DNA from: Synechococcus sp. BS301-5m-G53
GTDB lineage: Bacteria; Cyanobacteriota; Cyanobacteriia; PCC-6307; Cyanobiaceae
Length of the DNA stretch: 64,000 nt
NCBI GenBank assembly: GCA_016779825.1
Contig: JADHMX010000001.1
Span: forward strand, 143 to 64,142
Direction: 5' to 3'
Part shown: positions 19,801-31,007 of the stretch, piece by piece
Layout: every line of letters starts with the position of its first letter
Position numbering within the stretch: the stretch's first letter is position 1
Notes under the pieces: generated by a model
The model's input: the letters and a program-made list of their open reading frames with translations, nothing else
Told to the model about the DNA's origin: nothing
Databases searched by the model: none
Made by a program: the position numbers and the translations under genes

Positions 19801-20078
19801 GCCACCACCCGCTGCTCCAGTTCCCAGGCGCGTCGGCTGTTCTGCCCCTGTTGACGGCGGTGGGCCATGGCTAGTCCCCAGACGCACTGCACCGAATAGA
19901 CGCAGTCCCGCACCCAGGCATCCCCGTAGTTGCCATGGATGGTGTGGGCGGTGCTGGCGGGGAGAAGGCCACTGATCGGATCCTGCCGATCGAGAACCAC
20001 CCGTTGGATGGATTGATCCAGACGCTGAAGGGGTGTGGCGAGGTCCTGCGGAAGGGTTTCCGTCGTCGTCACAACCAT
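16899..20078 (-). CDS. Phosphorylase kinase alpha/beta-like protein (GH15-like domain)
   Basis: QDPISGLLPAS, DAWVRDCVY, WGHLQLDATSLFLL, PDYGIWERGDK, LPRESASKE, GYKRFLRDGHQ, GIESEWPLF, and C-terminal TPGERNFA..V..LL..I..PEYRQL. Start uncertain (20078-20111). Confidence 0.88.
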   Translation of the reverse strand: MVVTTTETLPQDLATPLQRLDQSIQRVVLDRQDPISGLLPASTAHTIHGNYGDAWVRDCVYSVQCVWGLAMAHRRQQGQNSRRAWELEQRVVALMRGLMRSMMRQASKVERFKESLNPLDALHAKYDSCTGEPVVADDAWGHLQLDATSLFLLQLAQLTKGGCTVVQSRDEVDFLQNLVHYIARAYRTPDYGIWERGDKGNNGLPERNASSIGMAKAALEALDGLDLYGPHGDGSCILLIPQGAIVRLRRALQGLLPRESASKEADSACLSVIGYPAWAVEDAALAERTGRRIRRELGGAYGYKRFLRDGHQTVVEDITRLHYEPEELAVFEGIESEWPLFLAFELVTACCEERWEEARRLHSQLKTLAVEQDGERLYPELYQVPASAVDQERLNPGSQERVANTNLPLIWTQSLVWLGEMLLDDLIRPEDIDPCGRREPQHLGAEAVLVAMAPETDAVRQELLAAEVPLDPSTMIPVLSSDELKQRLKAAGTNPRLELSGRPAGHRVETEDTARVYRQDGAISVFTPSVLEDRSSYLADDPEELLESVVDELHLLQRHWRGAGLPLLVIPIREAALKQHRDVVLKLARQLGSGVVESIPVRLGCLSQMVDQGQEVQLPPLQQKPVRRSGQSQHVLRDATDLRDLTAAEEQELDDTPIEQLSQRLWSSALLHEQAEVLELLQRRLGPQGIQCSPEGQTVSLRDLLEEVYQRGLRCEDWNVVRRCAGAMGMVHPQLEDALTDLLVRQKQVVVGRNYTGDSRLRQPMDSAAIAERIESTSGIDGRERMLEQELLLALDSVARREPALLKGSLTLQLGQLMLLLTSELAVEKTLSQDEAFEALCSEAPHAIRRRLRAVLGDVEHARAALQRGEQLHVSGRVQWSVPDPLEETPGGGGWLQHRIRLGSLQKVPRDFYAGIWSLLQHCRGLVIGDKLERRNRLNSRLILEKTPGERNFAAQVDHLLSRIKAPEYRQLCSECLLSLMAFVEANPEVRFDDDLALDVVIGHAVRVGWQQSHPSLRPESYPQHKAQAWGMFYGSSPGDCRRWQITALRELAEQEGLV

Positions 20079-20126
20079 GCCCTCGTGCATCACCACCCCT
20101 AAATTCTCCAACGCAGCCCTTCGGCC

Positions 20127-20861
20127 ATGGACTCTGTCAGCACCACTCCCGATGATCGTCGCCGCTGTCAGGTGCTCGGTGTGCCAGTGGATGCCTGCCG
20201 CGATGTCTGTGCTGCAGCCCTAGGCCTGCATGCCCGGGGTGGAGGACGCATCGTCACCTTGAACGCTGAGATGACGATGTCTGCGCGGGCGGATGCGGCT
20301 TTGGGCCAAGCGATTGCAACGGCTGATCTGGTGATCCCCGATGGTGCGGGTGTGGTCTGGGCCCTGGGTCGTCAGAAGGTCCGGGTCGTCAAAACAGCAG
20401 GGATTGAACTGGCCTGGACCTTGCTGGAGTACGCCGCAGCCCATCAATGGCGTGTGGCCTTGGTGGGGGCGTCGCCAGAGGTGATGGCAACGCTGCGCGC
20501 GGAGTTGCCACAACGCATCAGCGGGCTCAACCTGGCGCTGGCGGTGGACGGCTATCAAGCTCCTGAGGCCTGGCCAGGCATTGAAGCTCAACTCAAGGGC
20601 TTGAAGCCTGATCTCGTTCTGGTCGCCCTGGGTGTGCCGCGACAGGAGACCTGGTCTGAACGCGTGGCCTCCGGTCAGTCCGGACTTTGGATGGGTGTGG
20701 GCGGCAGTTTTGATGTTTGGGCCGGCACCAAAAAGAGAGCACCCGGCTGGATGTGCCGGATGCAGCTGGAGTGGTTGTATCGGCTTATCCAGGAACCGTC
20801 CCGCTGGCGACGCATGTTGTCGCTTCCAGCCTTTGCTTTGAACGTGATTCGGATGGGCTGA
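20127..20861 (+). CDS. WecB/TagA/CpsF family glycosyltransferase
   Basis: IVTLNAE, IPDGAGVVW, VALGVPRQE, GVGGSFDVWAG.KKRAP, LEWLYRL. Confidence 0.95.
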   Translation: MDSVSTTPDDRRRCQVLGVPVDACRDVCAAALGLHARGGGRIVTLNAEMTMSARADAALGQAIATADLVIPDGAGVVWALGRQKVRVVKTAGIELAWTLLEYAAAHQWRVALVGASPEVMATLRAELPQRISGLNLALAVDGYQAPEAWPGIEAQLKGLKPDLVLVALGVPRQETWSERVASGQSGLWMGVGGSFDVWAGTKKRAPGWMCRMQLEWLYRLIQEPSRWRRMLSLPAFALNVIRMG

Positions 20862-20865
20862 GGCT

Positions 20866-21009
20866 TCAGCGGAAGCCCACAGAGGCCTGCCAGACAAAGG
20901 CCAGCAGCAGGAAGAAGACGGGGATCAACGGAAGGATGTCGATCAGCGGAGAGAAGGCCTGATAGGCCTCGGGCAGCTGTGCCAGCAGGTCGAGGGTAAA
21001 GGCGGCCAT
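20866..21009 (-). CDS. psbK: Photosystem II protein K (not in ORF track)
   Basis: Translated by hand: [47 protein letters not shown]. Confidence 0.97.
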   Translation of the reverse strand: MAAFTLDLLAQLPEAYQAFSPLIDILPLIPVFFLLLAFVWQASVGFR

Positions 21010-21040
21010 CCCTTGCATCAAAAAGGCGTTGAGCTGGACG

Positions 21041-22159
21041 CTACCACGTGTGATGGGCTGGTGAGTCTGGCTCCCAGGGAGCGAAATCCTCTGAAAAACA
21101 GCCGTCGCGAATCGCCTGCGCCATGGCTGAGGTGAAACGCACCAGCTGGGTGATGTTGTGAATGCTCAGCAAGGTGAGGCCCAGCAGTTCTTCACTGCGA
21201 ATCAGATGATGCAGGTAGGCCCGAGTGTGTCCGGTGCAGGCCACACAGGAGCAGGTCGCATCCAGGGGTGTGTGGTCATGGCGGAAGCGGGCATTGCGCA
21301 GGTTCCAGCGTTCGCCGCCCACAAGTGCAGTGCCATGACGGCCGAGTCGGGTGGGCAAGACGCAGTCGAACAAGTCGATCCCGTTGGCCACAGCGATGGC
21401 CATCTCGCGCAGGGTGCCGATGCCCATCAGGTAGCGCGGCTTGTCTGTGGGGAGCAGGGGAGTGACATCGCGCACAATGCGATGCATCTCGTCCACGGGC
21501 TCGCCGACGCTGACGCCACCGACAGCGATTCCCGGCAGATCAAAGGAGGCGACGGCCCGCGCACTCTCCCGTCGCAGATGCGGGAAGCAGCCGCCCTGAA
21601 CGATGCCGAACAGGGCCTGGTCCTCGCGGGTGTGGGCCGTGACGCAGCGCTCGAGCCAGGCATGGGTGCGGCGACAGGCATCGATGACGTCGTTTTCCGT
21701 TGCCGGATACGGCGGGCATTGGTCGAAGGCCATGGCCACATCCGCCCCAAGGGCCATCTGGATCCGGGTGGCATGCTCCGGTGTCATGTCGATGGTGCGT
21801 CCATCGCGGGGGTTACGGAACACCACGCCGCGATCATCGATTTTGTTGAGGTCCCCCAGGCTGAACACCTGAAAGCCGCCGGAGTCGGTGAGCATCGGGC
21901 CGTCCCAGCCCATGAACCGGTGCAGGCCGCCGGCCGCCGCCACGATCTCCTCGCCGGGTTGCAGATGCAGGTGGTAGGTGTTGGAGAGCACCATCTGAGC
22001 CCCCGTGCGCCCCAGTTGCTCCGTGCTGATGCCCTTGACGGTGGCCAGGGTTCCCACCGGCATGAAGCGTGGCGTGTGCACCGGCCCATGCGGGGTTTCA
22101 AAGGTGCCGCACCGTGCTGCTGTGTTGGCGCAATGCGCGTTGATCTCGAAGCCGAACAC
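21041..22159 (-). CDS. tgt: tRNA-guanine transglycosylase
   Basis: [47 protein letters not shown]. Confidence 0.97.
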   Translation of the reverse strand: MFGFEINAHCANTAARCGTFETPHGPVHTPRFMPVGTLATVKGISTEQLGRTGAQMVLSNTYHLHLQPGEEIVAAAGGLHRFMGWDGPMLTDSGGFQVFSLGDLNKIDDRGVVFRNPRDGRTIDMTPEHATRIQMALGADVAMAFDQCPPYPATENDVIDACRRTHAWLERCVTAHTREDQALFGIVQGGCFPHLRRESARAVASFDLPGIAVGGVSVGEPVDEMHRIVRDVTPLLPTDKPRYLMGIGTLREMAIAVANGIDLFDCVLPTRLGRHGTALVGGERWNLRNARFRHDHTPLDATCSCVACTGHTRAYLHHLIRSEELLGLTLLSIHNITQLVRFTSAMAQAIRDGCFSEDFAPWEPDSPAHHTW

Positions 22160-22188
22160 GGCTGATCTGCCCCTGCAATGACCCTACG

Positions 22189-22959
22189 GTGAGGACTGAT
22201 TGCCTCCTTCGCGCCATTCCCAGGATTGTTCCGCCCTGGCTGTCTGATCTAGCGGGAGCCTGGATCTTTTACACGGTGCTGCCCGCATGGCCCTGGCCGC
22301 AGCCATCGTTTCAGCGCATTGCCCGTTTCGCCCCCTGGATGGGGCTGCTGATCGGTGCCCTGCAGGGGCTGCTCTGGATTGGTTTGTCCGGCCTGGGTTG
22401 GCCTCCTGCTGCCTGTGCCCCTTGCGTGGTGGCTCTCGGCATCCAACTCAGTGGTGGGTTGCATCACGACGGCTTGATCGACACGGCGGATGGCCTCGGG
22501 GCTCCTGCCGAGCGGCGGCTGGAGGCCATGGAGGACAGCCGGGTGGGCGCCAGTGGCGTGTTGGCTCTTGTGATGGTGCTGCTGCTGCAGGTGGCAGCGT
22601 TGATCCAACTGGGTGGGCAGGCTCCGCTGGGGCTTTGCCTGGCTGCGTTCTGGGCCCGGGTGGCGCCGCTCTGGGCCATGGCACGTTTCGACTATCTCCG
22701 CGCCGATGGAACCGCTGCGTTTCATCGCGACCACGCCAGGCCGCTCTGGGATGTTCTGCCCACTGTGCTGGTGGTGGTTCTGCTGGCTGGGCGGGTGGCG
22801 CCCCTGCCCCTTCTCCTGGGAGCTCCGGTGGCGATCCTGGTTGCCCAGAGCCTCGGGCGGCGCCTGGGGGGGCACACCGGTGACAGCTATGGAGCGGTTC
22901 TTGTGCTCACCGAGATGATCACGTTGTTTGGCCTGGCGTTGCTTCTGCCGGCCAGCTGA
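22189..22959 (+). CDS. cobS: Adenosylcobinamide-GDP ribazoletransferase (cobalamin synthase)
   Basis: GGLHHDGLIDTADGL, MEDSRVGASG, GGHTGDSYGA. Start uncertain. Confidence 0.93.
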   Translation: MRTDCLLRAIPRIVPPWLSDLAGAWIFYTVLPAWPWPQPSFQRIARFAPWMGLLIGALQGLLWIGLSGLGWPPAACAPCVVALGIQLSGGLHHDGLIDTADGLGAPAERRLEAMEDSRVGASGVLALVMVLLLQVAALIQLGGQAPLGLCLAAFWARVAPLWAMARFDYLRADGTAAFHRDHARPLWDVLPTVLVVVLLAGRVAPLPLLLGAPVAILVAQSLGRRLGGHTGDSYGAVLVLTEMITLFGLALLLPAS

Positions 22960-24040
22960 GGACGAAGGCATTGCCCTGAGCGGGCAGTCCCGGAGCAATC
23001 GTGGACGGTTCCACGCAGAGCCTGAGGTTGCGGCCCTGTTGCTCAGCCAGGGAGCGTGCGAGGGCGAGTCCAAGGCCGGTGCCCGCCCGGTCCTGACCGG
23101 TGGACCCGCGCGCTCCGCGCTCGAAAATCAGATCGCGTTCCTCCAGGGGGATCGGCGGTCCGTTGTCCCAGACGCAGAGCCCATCGGGCAACAGGCACAG
23201 CCCCACGATGCAACCCGCTGGGCTGTAGCGGAAAGCGTTCTCAAGCAGGTTGGCGACGATTTCCGCGATGGTGCCGTCCTGGGACGGCTGATCAATCCAC
23301 TGGGGCCATTGCTGCGGCCCCTGCCAGGGGCGGCCCTGCAGGCTTGCCGTTGCTTCCGCCCGCTCCACCAGAGGCATCAGCAGCGTTTGCATGGTTGCCT
23401 CGCCTTCGGCAGGGCCGGGGGGCAGCAAGGTGGGGCCAAGGGGCTCCTGTTGCGGCAGACGTTGCTGCCCGAGGCCCTCGAGCACGTCGATGTACTGGCC
23501 GAGTTGGCGTTGCTCCGAGAGCATTCCCTCCACAAGTGCACGGTGGGAGCTGTCTGGTTCCAGCCGCCGCAGCAGCAGCTGGGCGTAGGTGCGCAGGGCC
23601 GCCAGTGGATTGCGCAACTGGTGCACGAGGGTGCGCAGTTGATCGTTCTGTTGGCTGAGTTCCTGGCGCAGTTGCAGGCATTCCAGGTCTCGCCCCAGGG
23701 CGTGACTGATGGCGGCAGCACTGCGCCGCATTCGTTGGTCCAGGGTCAGCGTCCAACTCCGTCGCGGATCCAGATCGGCGCGCAGGGCCCCCAGGATCAG
23801 GCCGGCATCCTGGAGGGGATACCAGCGCCGACTCTGGTGCGGCAGGCGCAGGTTCGGGTCGGCGTCGGCAGGGGGAAGAGATCGTTTATTGGCAGACCAT
23901 TGCCGGATCAGCAGCAAGGGCGGGCCTTGCTGATTGGGTGGCGCACTGACGTACAGCCCCAGATGCTGAATGCCTTCTTCGGCGGTTAGATCAGCCAGCT
24001 GTTGATCGGTGAAATCGAAGAATCGATCGGTGAGCTGCAT
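22919..24040 (-). CDS. Two-component sensor histidine kinase
   Basis: H-box LVHQLRNPL, N-box NLLENAFRY, DNGPPI, IFERGARG, GTGLGLAL. Confidence 0.93.
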   Translation of the reverse strand: MQLTDRFFDFTDQQLADLTAEEGIQHLGLYVSAPPNQQGPPLLLIRQWSANKRSLPPADADPNLRLPHQSRRWYPLQDAGLILGALRADLDPRRSWTLTLDQRMRRSAAAISHALGRDLECLQLRQELSQQNDQLRTLVHQLRNPLAALRTYAQLLLRRLEPDSSHRALVEGMLSEQRQLGQYIDVLEGLGQQRLPQQEPLGPTLLPPGPAEGEATMQTLLMPLVERAEATASLQGRPWQGPQQWPQWIDQPSQDGTIAEIVANLLENAFRYSPAGCIVGLCLLPDGLCVWDNGPPIPLEERDLIFERGARGSTGQDRAGTGLGLALARSLAEQQGRNLRLCVEPSTIAPGLPAQGNAFVLSWPAEATPGQTT

Positions 24041-24091
24041 CAGTTCCGGACGATCAATTCAGGTGCTTGGGCAAGCCTGCGCCAGGGGGAC

Positions 24092-24119
24092 TTGAAAAAT
24101 CTGGGAAAAGTCTTAAGAT
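24092..24119 (+). promoter_or_regulatory. Sigma70-type promoter TTGAAA-N16-TAAGAT
   Basis: Near-consensus -35 (24092-24097) and -10 (24114-24119) in an AT-rich intergenic patch upstream of the DUF3155 gene. Confidence 0.55.
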
Positions 24120-24380
24120 CCTCTTATCGACCGAGACGCTGTTCATCATGAACAGACGTCCGCCAGCCCTCACAAAGGTTGCAATTGCTTTGCAACCAAA
24201 GCTACAGCAGAGGTTGCAGTGTCCTCAGCTGGTTCCCGCTTGGGTGTTGGCGTCCTGCCGGTGATTGTGGTGTGTCTGCAATTGCCTTGACGCTCCCCTT
24301 GCGTCTGGCGTTTTCGCGCCGACCGCACCTGTTTGTTCTGACGATCCACCCCGTTCTTCCTTTCGTACCGGAGCCCTTCC

Positions 24381-24749
24381 ATGTCCAAGAAGCGCAAGCG
24401 CATTAGCCGTCGTCGTCTGGCAGGTCAGCGGGTCCTGGCCCATGTGCCAACCCATCACCTTGAGACCGGTGAGTACAAGCCTGTTACGGCGGCGCGTCGC
24501 TACATCGCTGAGGCCGCAATGGTGCCTCCGGCTCTGCTGAACGTGCGCCGCAACGAGCACACCACCGACCGCTTCTTCTGGGGTGAGAAGGGTCTGTTCA
24601 GTGCCCAATACGCCGAAGAGAATCATTTCCTCTTCCCTTCATTGCGCTCGATTGTTGATTCCATCGGCGAAGACAAGCTCTTCGAGGGCCTCGAGCTTGG
24701 CGCTGATGATTGGGAGGAAATGGAGGAGTACGAATACGCCTTCGTTTGA
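24381..24749 (+). CDS. DUF3155 family cyanobacterial protein
   Basis: MSKKRKRISRRR...KPVTAARRYI...RRNEHTTDRFFWGEKGLFSAQYAEENHFLFPSL. Confidence 0.85.
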   Translation: MSKKRKRISRRRLAGQRVLAHVPTHHLETGEYKPVTAARRYIAEAAMVPPALLNVRRNEHTTDRFFWGEKGLFSAQYAEENHFLFPSLRSIVDSIGEDKLFEGLELGADDWEEMEEYEYAFV

Positions 24750-25322
24750 TCAGGCGTTCTCCAGAACTCTCTCGATAAACCTCAGGATCGGCTGCACTGT
24801 CTCGTCAGGGATGGTGTGGCCGTTTTTAAATGGAAGCGTCTGACATCGCTCGGGCTGCAACTCCGATGCGATCGCTTGCATCGCCTGGAACGGCACCACG
24901 GGATCGTCTGATCCGTGCATCAGCAACATGGGGGGATGCTCCTGCGCTGGAGCCCAGTTGGGGTGTGGATAGCCGCTGCAGCTGATCACCCCGGCCACGG
25001 GCAGGGCGCAGCAGCAGTCCAGGGCCATGGCTCCCCCTTGGGAAAAGCCGAACACCACCGTGTGATCCAGTTCAAGGCCTGAACTGCTCAGGCTCTGCAG
25101 TTGAGCCTTGAGGCGCTTAACGGCCGCGGGTACGGCGTCCCACTGGGCTGGGAACAGGCCATACCACTGGCGTCCTCCCGGCTGGTCGGGATGGCGTTCA
25201 GGCGCCTCAAGGCACACCACATCAAGGGTTTTTGAGCACTCGCGCGCCAGGCGATCGCCCAGGGGCTTGAGATCCTCTCCATTGGCTCCCCAGCCGTGGA
25301 GCAGCACAAGCCGGCCATCCAT
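24750..25322 (-). CDS. Alpha/beta hydrolase (phospholipase/carboxylesterase)
   Basis: LLHGWGAN, GFSQGG nucleophile elbow, HGSDDPVV, GHTI. Confidence 0.93.
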   Translation of the reverse strand: MDGRLVLLHGWGANGEDLKPLGDRLARECSKTLDVVCLEAPERHPDQPGGRQWYGLFPAQWDAVPAAVKRLKAQLQSLSSSGLELDHTVVFGFSQGGAMALDCCCALPVAGVISCSGYPHPNWAPAQEHPPMLLMHGSDDPVVPFQAMQAIASELQPERCQTLPFKNGHTIPDETVQPILRFIERVLENA

Positions 25323-25378
25323 GGGACATCAACATCACTGCTGCGTAGGTTGGCTCACGACCCAGTCACGACCCTTCG

Positions 25379-26941
25379 ATGGCTCCTGTCGCTCTGCTGA
25401 GTGTTTCCGATAAGTCCGGGCTGGTGCCCCTGGCGGAGGCCCTGCATCGGACCCATGGCTATCAGCTGCTCTCCAGTGGGGGCACAGCCAAGGTGCTCGA
25501 GCAGGCAGGTCTTCCAGTGACCCGTGTTTCGGAGCACACCGGGGCCCCAGAAATACTTGGTGGTCGTGTGAAAACGCTCCATCCAAGGGTGCATGGCGGA
25601 ATTCTGGCCAAGCGGGGTGAAGCGTCCCACCAAGCCGATCTTGAGCAGCAGAACATTGCCCCCATCGATGTGGTGGTGGTCAACCTCTATCCCTTCCGCG
25701 AAACGATCGCTCGGCCTGATGTCACCTGGGATCAGGCGATCGAGAACATCGACATCGGTGGTCCCGCCATGGTGCGGGCGGCCGCCAAAAATCATGCCGA
25801 TGTGGCTGTTCTCACCAGCCCTGACCAATACGACCGTCTGTTGACCGCCATGGCGGAGTCTGGAGGGAGCGTGCCTTCGGAGCTGCGGCGCCAACTGGCC
25901 CTTGAAGCGTTCCAGCACACTGCTTCGTACGACACGGCGATCAGCCGCTGGATGGCTGAGCAAAACGTAGCGGACGACAGCCCCTGGCTGGAGGCGGTGC
26001 CGCTGCGGCAGACCCTGCGGTACGGCGAAAATCCCCACCAGAAAGCGCGCTGGTTTAGCCATCCCAAACAGGGTTGGGGTGGAGCCATTCAGCTGCAGGG
26101 TAAGGAGCTGAGCACCAACAACCTTCTGGATCTCGAGGCGGCCCTCGCCACGGTGCGGGAGTTCGGCTACGGAGCCGACGGCTCCGCACCGGCGTCGCAA
26201 CCCGCGGCCGTGGTCGTCAAGCACACCAATCCCTGTGGAGTAGCGATCGGGGCTTCGATTCCTGCCGCACTGACGCGGGCTCTGGATGCCGATCGGGTGA
26301 GTGCCTTCGGCGGCATCATCGCCATGAACGGTGTGGTGGAAGCCACGGCGGCCCGTGAGCTCACCAGCTTGTTTCTGGAATGTGTTGTTGCACCGGGTTT
26401 CACCCCCGAAGCACGGGAGGTGCTGGCTGCCAAGGCGAATCTGAGGCTGTTGGAGCTGGCTCCTCAGGCCATCGATGCGGCTGGCCCCGATCACGTGCGA
26501 AGCATCTTGGGTGGCCTCCTGGTTCAGGATCTCGACGACCAGGCGATCACGCCGGACGACTGGACCGTGGCCAGTCAGCGCCCGCCCACACCGCAGGAAA
26601 AGCTGGACTTGGAATTTGCCTGGCGCTTGGTGCGTCACGTGCGCTCGAACGCCATCGTCGTGGCCCGGGATGGGCAGAGTCTTGGCGTGGGGGCTGGGCA
26701 GATGAATCGGGTGGGCTCAGCGCGGATCGCCCTGGAGGCGGCCGGTGAGAAAGCCCAGGGGGCGGTGCTGGCCAGTGATGGCTTCTTCCCGTTTGACGAC
26801 ACGGTGCGTCTGGCCGCAAGCCATGGCATCACCGCCGTGATTCATCCCGGAGGAAGCATGCGCGATGGCGATTCGATCAAAGCCTGCGATGAGCTGGGTC
26901 TGGCGATGCAGCTCACGGGTCGCCGCCATTTCCTGCACTGA
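25379..26941 (+). CDS. purH: Bifunctional AICAR transformylase/IMP cyclohydrolase
   Basis: [52 protein letters not shown]. Confidence 0.98.
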   Translation: MAPVALLSVSDKSGLVPLAEALHRTHGYQLLSSGGTAKVLEQAGLPVTRVSEHTGAPEILGGRVKTLHPRVHGGILAKRGEASHQADLEQQNIAPIDVVVVNLYPFRETIARPDVTWDQAIENIDIGGPAMVRAAAKNHADVAVLTSPDQYDRLLTAMAESGGSVPSELRRQLALEAFQHTASYDTAISRWMAEQNVADDSPWLEAVPLRQTLRYGENPHQKARWFSHPKQGWGGAIQLQGKELSTNNLLDLEAALATVREFGYGADGSAPASQPAAVVVKHTNPCGVAIGASIPAALTRALDADRVSAFGGIIAMNGVVEATAARELTSLFLECVVAPGFTPEAREVLAAKANLRLLELAPQAIDAAGPDHVRSILGGLLVQDLDDQAITPDDWTVASQRPPTPQEKLDLEFAWRLVRHVRSNAIVVARDGQSLGVGAGQMNRVGSARIALEAAGEKAQGAVLASDGFFPFDDTVRLAASHGITAVIHPGGSMRDGDSIKACDELGLAMQLTGRRHFLH

Positions 26942-26995
26942 CGCTGATGGGGGGCGGCGGCCCCCTAGCCTCGCGGCACTGAAGAGTCCCCTTCA

Positions 26996-27454
26996 ATGCT
27001 CGCCACCCTTCCCTTCAGCCTCAATTTCGCTCACCCCCTCGCGGAGTGGGGCCTGCTCGCCGTTGGTGGTTGGGCCCTCTACCTCGGGATCAAGGCCAAG
27101 AAAACCCGCACCGGCACGCCAGAACAGCGCAAAGAGCTGGTGCCCAAAAAGTTTGCCCAGCGCCATTACCTCTGGGGCAGCATCTTGCTGGCCGTAATGA
27201 CCCTCGGCACGCTGGGCGGCATGGCCGTCACTTATCTGAACAACGGCAAGTTGTTCGTCGGTCCGCACCTGTTGGTGGGTCTGACCATGACCGGGATGAT
27301 CGCCGTTGCCGCTTCGCTCTCACCTCTGATGCAGCGGGGCAATCTGATCGCGCGCAAGGCTCATGTAGGCCTGAACATGGGCATGCTCACGCTGTTCCTC
27401 TGGCAGGCCGTCAGCGGTATGGAGATCGTCAACAAAATCTGGACCAATCGCTGA
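26996..27454 (+). CDS. DUF4079 family membrane protein
   Basis: Four TM segments with conserved His (AHP, RHY, GPHL, KAHV). Confidence 0.8.
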   Translation: MLATLPFSLNFAHPLAEWGLLAVGGWALYLGIKAKKTRTGTPEQRKELVPKKFAQRHYLWGSILLAVMTLGTLGGMAVTYLNNGKLFVGPHLLVGLTMTGMIAVAASLSPLMQRGNLIARKAHVGLNMGMLTLFLWQAVSGMEIVNKIWTNR

Positions 27455-27461
27455 GGATTCT

Positions 27462-28070
27462 TCAGAAGGCTGCCCGCTGACGTGGTGGGCAGCTCAGACC
27501 ATGGCTGGCATGGAAATCCTCCTGGACCTTCCAGGTCAGCCGACGGGAAATCTGGCGGACGATTTGCTTGAGCAGATGATCGCCGCTGCTCTGGACCAGC
27601 TGATCCGGAAGCATGGTGATCACCTTGGGCAGCCGGATCCAGACCTTGAGATCCAGATCCCATTTCACTGAAGTGTTCTCCTGTTCAGCAATGAGTCGCA
27701 TTCCAGCGCGGAAGTCGACGTCGTAGTGATTGCGCAGGGCAAGGGACTGGGGCACCGTGCGGACGGTTTCGATGCGGTAGATCCCTTCCTCCTGCGGCAG
27801 CAGTCGCAAAGCGATCGTGGGCTCCACTTCGAAGCCAAAGTTGCCGAATCGCCCGAGGGTCAGGCTGTAGGACTGCCGATCGATGGCTTCGACCTGCATC
27901 GGACTGGCGCAACGTTCGAACCAGCTTTGATGGTCATCCAGGTAGCGGGCAACCACCGTTTGGGGTGCCAGCATCTGCATCGAATCCTCGAAGTGGCTGC
28001 TGTAGCAGCGCACTTGCGGATCGGCACCGTGAAGCTGATTGTCGGTTTCAGTGGGCGACAAGACCGTCAC
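27462..28070 (-). CDS. DUF1997 family protein
   Basis: YLDDHQSWFERCASPM, FEVEP.I.L.LLP, LVQSSGD.LL.QIVRQISRRL..KVQEDFH. Confidence 0.85.
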   Translation of the reverse strand: MTVLSPTETDNQLHGADPQVRCYSSHFEDSMQMLAPQTVVARYLDDHQSWFERCASPMQVEAIDRQSYSLTLGRFGNFGFEVEPTIALRLLPQEEGIYRIETVRTVPQSLALRNHYDVDFRAGMRLIAEQENTSVKWDLDLKVWIRLPKVITMLPDQLVQSSGDHLLKQIVRQISRRLTWKVQEDFHASHGLSCPPRQRAAF

Positions 28071-28131
28071 GGATGGGAAGCTGCCGGCGAAGGGCGAATT
28101 AAAGATGAACCAATGTAAAGCTGCTCGCGAT

Positions 28132-29331
28132 TCAGTTTTCGCTCAATTGCATCAGTTTTTCGATTACCTCTTCCACGGCTCGGTCCGGTGTTGAGGCGCC
28201 GGAGGTGATTCCCACCCGAACGGGGCCCTGAGGCAGGAAATCGCCTTCACGACAGAGTTCGGCTGCCAGTGGTTTGTGCTCGATCGAATTGCTGCCCACG
28301 TCAATGCGCTCGGGCGTGTCGATGTGGAACGAGCGAATGCCGCGGCTGACGGCAATCTCCTGCAGGTGGGTGGTGTTGGACGAGTTGAAACCACCGATCA
28401 CCACCATTAGGTCCAGCGGTTCATCCACCAGGGAGAACATGGCGTCCTGACGCTCCTGGGTGGCGTCGCAGATGGTGTTGAAGGCCAGGAAGTGGTCGTT
28501 GAGCTGGGTAGGACCGTATTTGCTCAACATTGTGCGTTCGAACAGGCGTCCGATCTCTTCCGTTTCGCTCTTCAGCATCGTGGTCTGGTTGGCCACACCC
28601 AGACGTTCGAGGTCCCGATCGGGATCGAACCCTGGAGAGCAGGCTTTGGCAAAGCGTTTGATGAACTCATCACGGTTGCCGTTGCCGAGGATGTAATCGG
28701 CAACGTACTGGGCTTCCTCCAGATCGAGCACCACCAGATAGGTGCCGGCAAATGAGCTGGTGGCCAGTGTTTCCTCGTGCTTCACCTTGCCGTGAATGAG
28801 CGAGGTGACGGTGTGCTTTTTGTGTTTCTCCACGGTGTTCCACACCTTGGAGACCCAGGGACAGGTCGTGTCAACGATGTGGCAGCCCCGTTCGTTCAGC
28901 AACTGCATTTCCTGAACCGTGGCGCCAAAGGCTGGCAGGATCACCACATCGCCGGAGGTGACACCGGAGAAGTCCTTCACCCCTTGTTCGACAGGGATGA
29001 ACTGCACATCCATCTCCCTGAGGTGATCGTTCACTGAGGGGTTGTGGATGATCTCGTTTGTGATCCAGAGGCGCTCGCTGGGGTAATGCCTGCGGGTCTC
29101 GTAGGCCATCGCTACGGCCCGTTCAACACCCCAGCAGAACCCGAAGGCTTCGGCTAGCCGGACGTTGAGCCGGCCGTGTTCCAGGCGGTAGCCGTTGTCC
29201 CGGATCGTGCCGATCAGGCCGCTCTGGTAAGCCTGCTCAAGACTTTCCGCCACTTCCTCAGCGCGCCCGAAGCCTCGCCGGTTGTAACGCTCGGAATGGT
29301 GGAGGGAGCGCTTGAAGGCGTGGGTGTCCAT
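28132..29331 (-). CDS. ispH: 4-hydroxy-3-methylbut-2-enyl diphosphate reductase
   Basis: [48 protein letters not shown]. Confidence 0.98.
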   Translation of the reverse strand: MDTHAFKRSLHHSERYNRRGFGRAEEVAESLEQAYQSGLIGTIRDNGYRLEHGRLNVRLAEAFGFCWGVERAVAMAYETRRHYPSERLWITNEIIHNPSVNDHLREMDVQFIPVEQGVKDFSGVTSGDVVILPAFGATVQEMQLLNERGCHIVDTTCPWVSKVWNTVEKHKKHTVTSLIHGKVKHEETLATSSFAGTYLVVLDLEEAQYVADYILGNGNRDEFIKRFAKACSPGFDPDRDLERLGVANQTTMLKSETEEIGRLFERTMLSKYGPTQLNDHFLAFNTICDATQERQDAMFSLVDEPLDLMVVIGGFNSSNTTHLQEIAVSRGIRSFHIDTPERIDVGSNSIEHKPLAAELCREGDFLPQGPVRVGITSGASTPDRAVEEVIEKLMQLSEN

Positions 29332-29386
29332 AGAGGGCGCTGGAGTGGAGGAACTCTATGTGGCCTGAAGCAGCGCGTCAGGCAGT

Positions 29387-29413
29387 AAAAAAGCCCGGCC
29401 AGTTGGCCGGGCT
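29387..29413 (-). terminator. Rho-independent terminator downstream of amt1
   Basis: Stem AGCCCGGCCA / TGGCCGGGCT, followed on the minus strand by a T6 run. Confidence 0.85.
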
Positions 29414-29441
29414 CGAAATCAACAGCTGAGCCGGAATGGAA

Positions 29442-30905
<1,464 letters not shown>

Positions 30906-30988
30906 AAACGAGGGTGCAGAGCTGCGTGACACGCCCAGTTGTAACCAGACGAACCAGCCCACGCTGCCCCTCAGTCTCGTCTTTCTAT

Positions 30989-31002
30989 GTTCGATCTGCT
31001 AC
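30989..31002 (-). promoter_or_regulatory. Possible NtcA site upstream of amt1 (GTA-N8-AAC)
   Basis: Minus strand GTAgcagatcgAAC, one mismatch to GTA-N8-TAC. No TAN3T at the canonical 22-nt spacing. Confidence 0.4.
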
Positions 31003-31007
31003 CAAAA

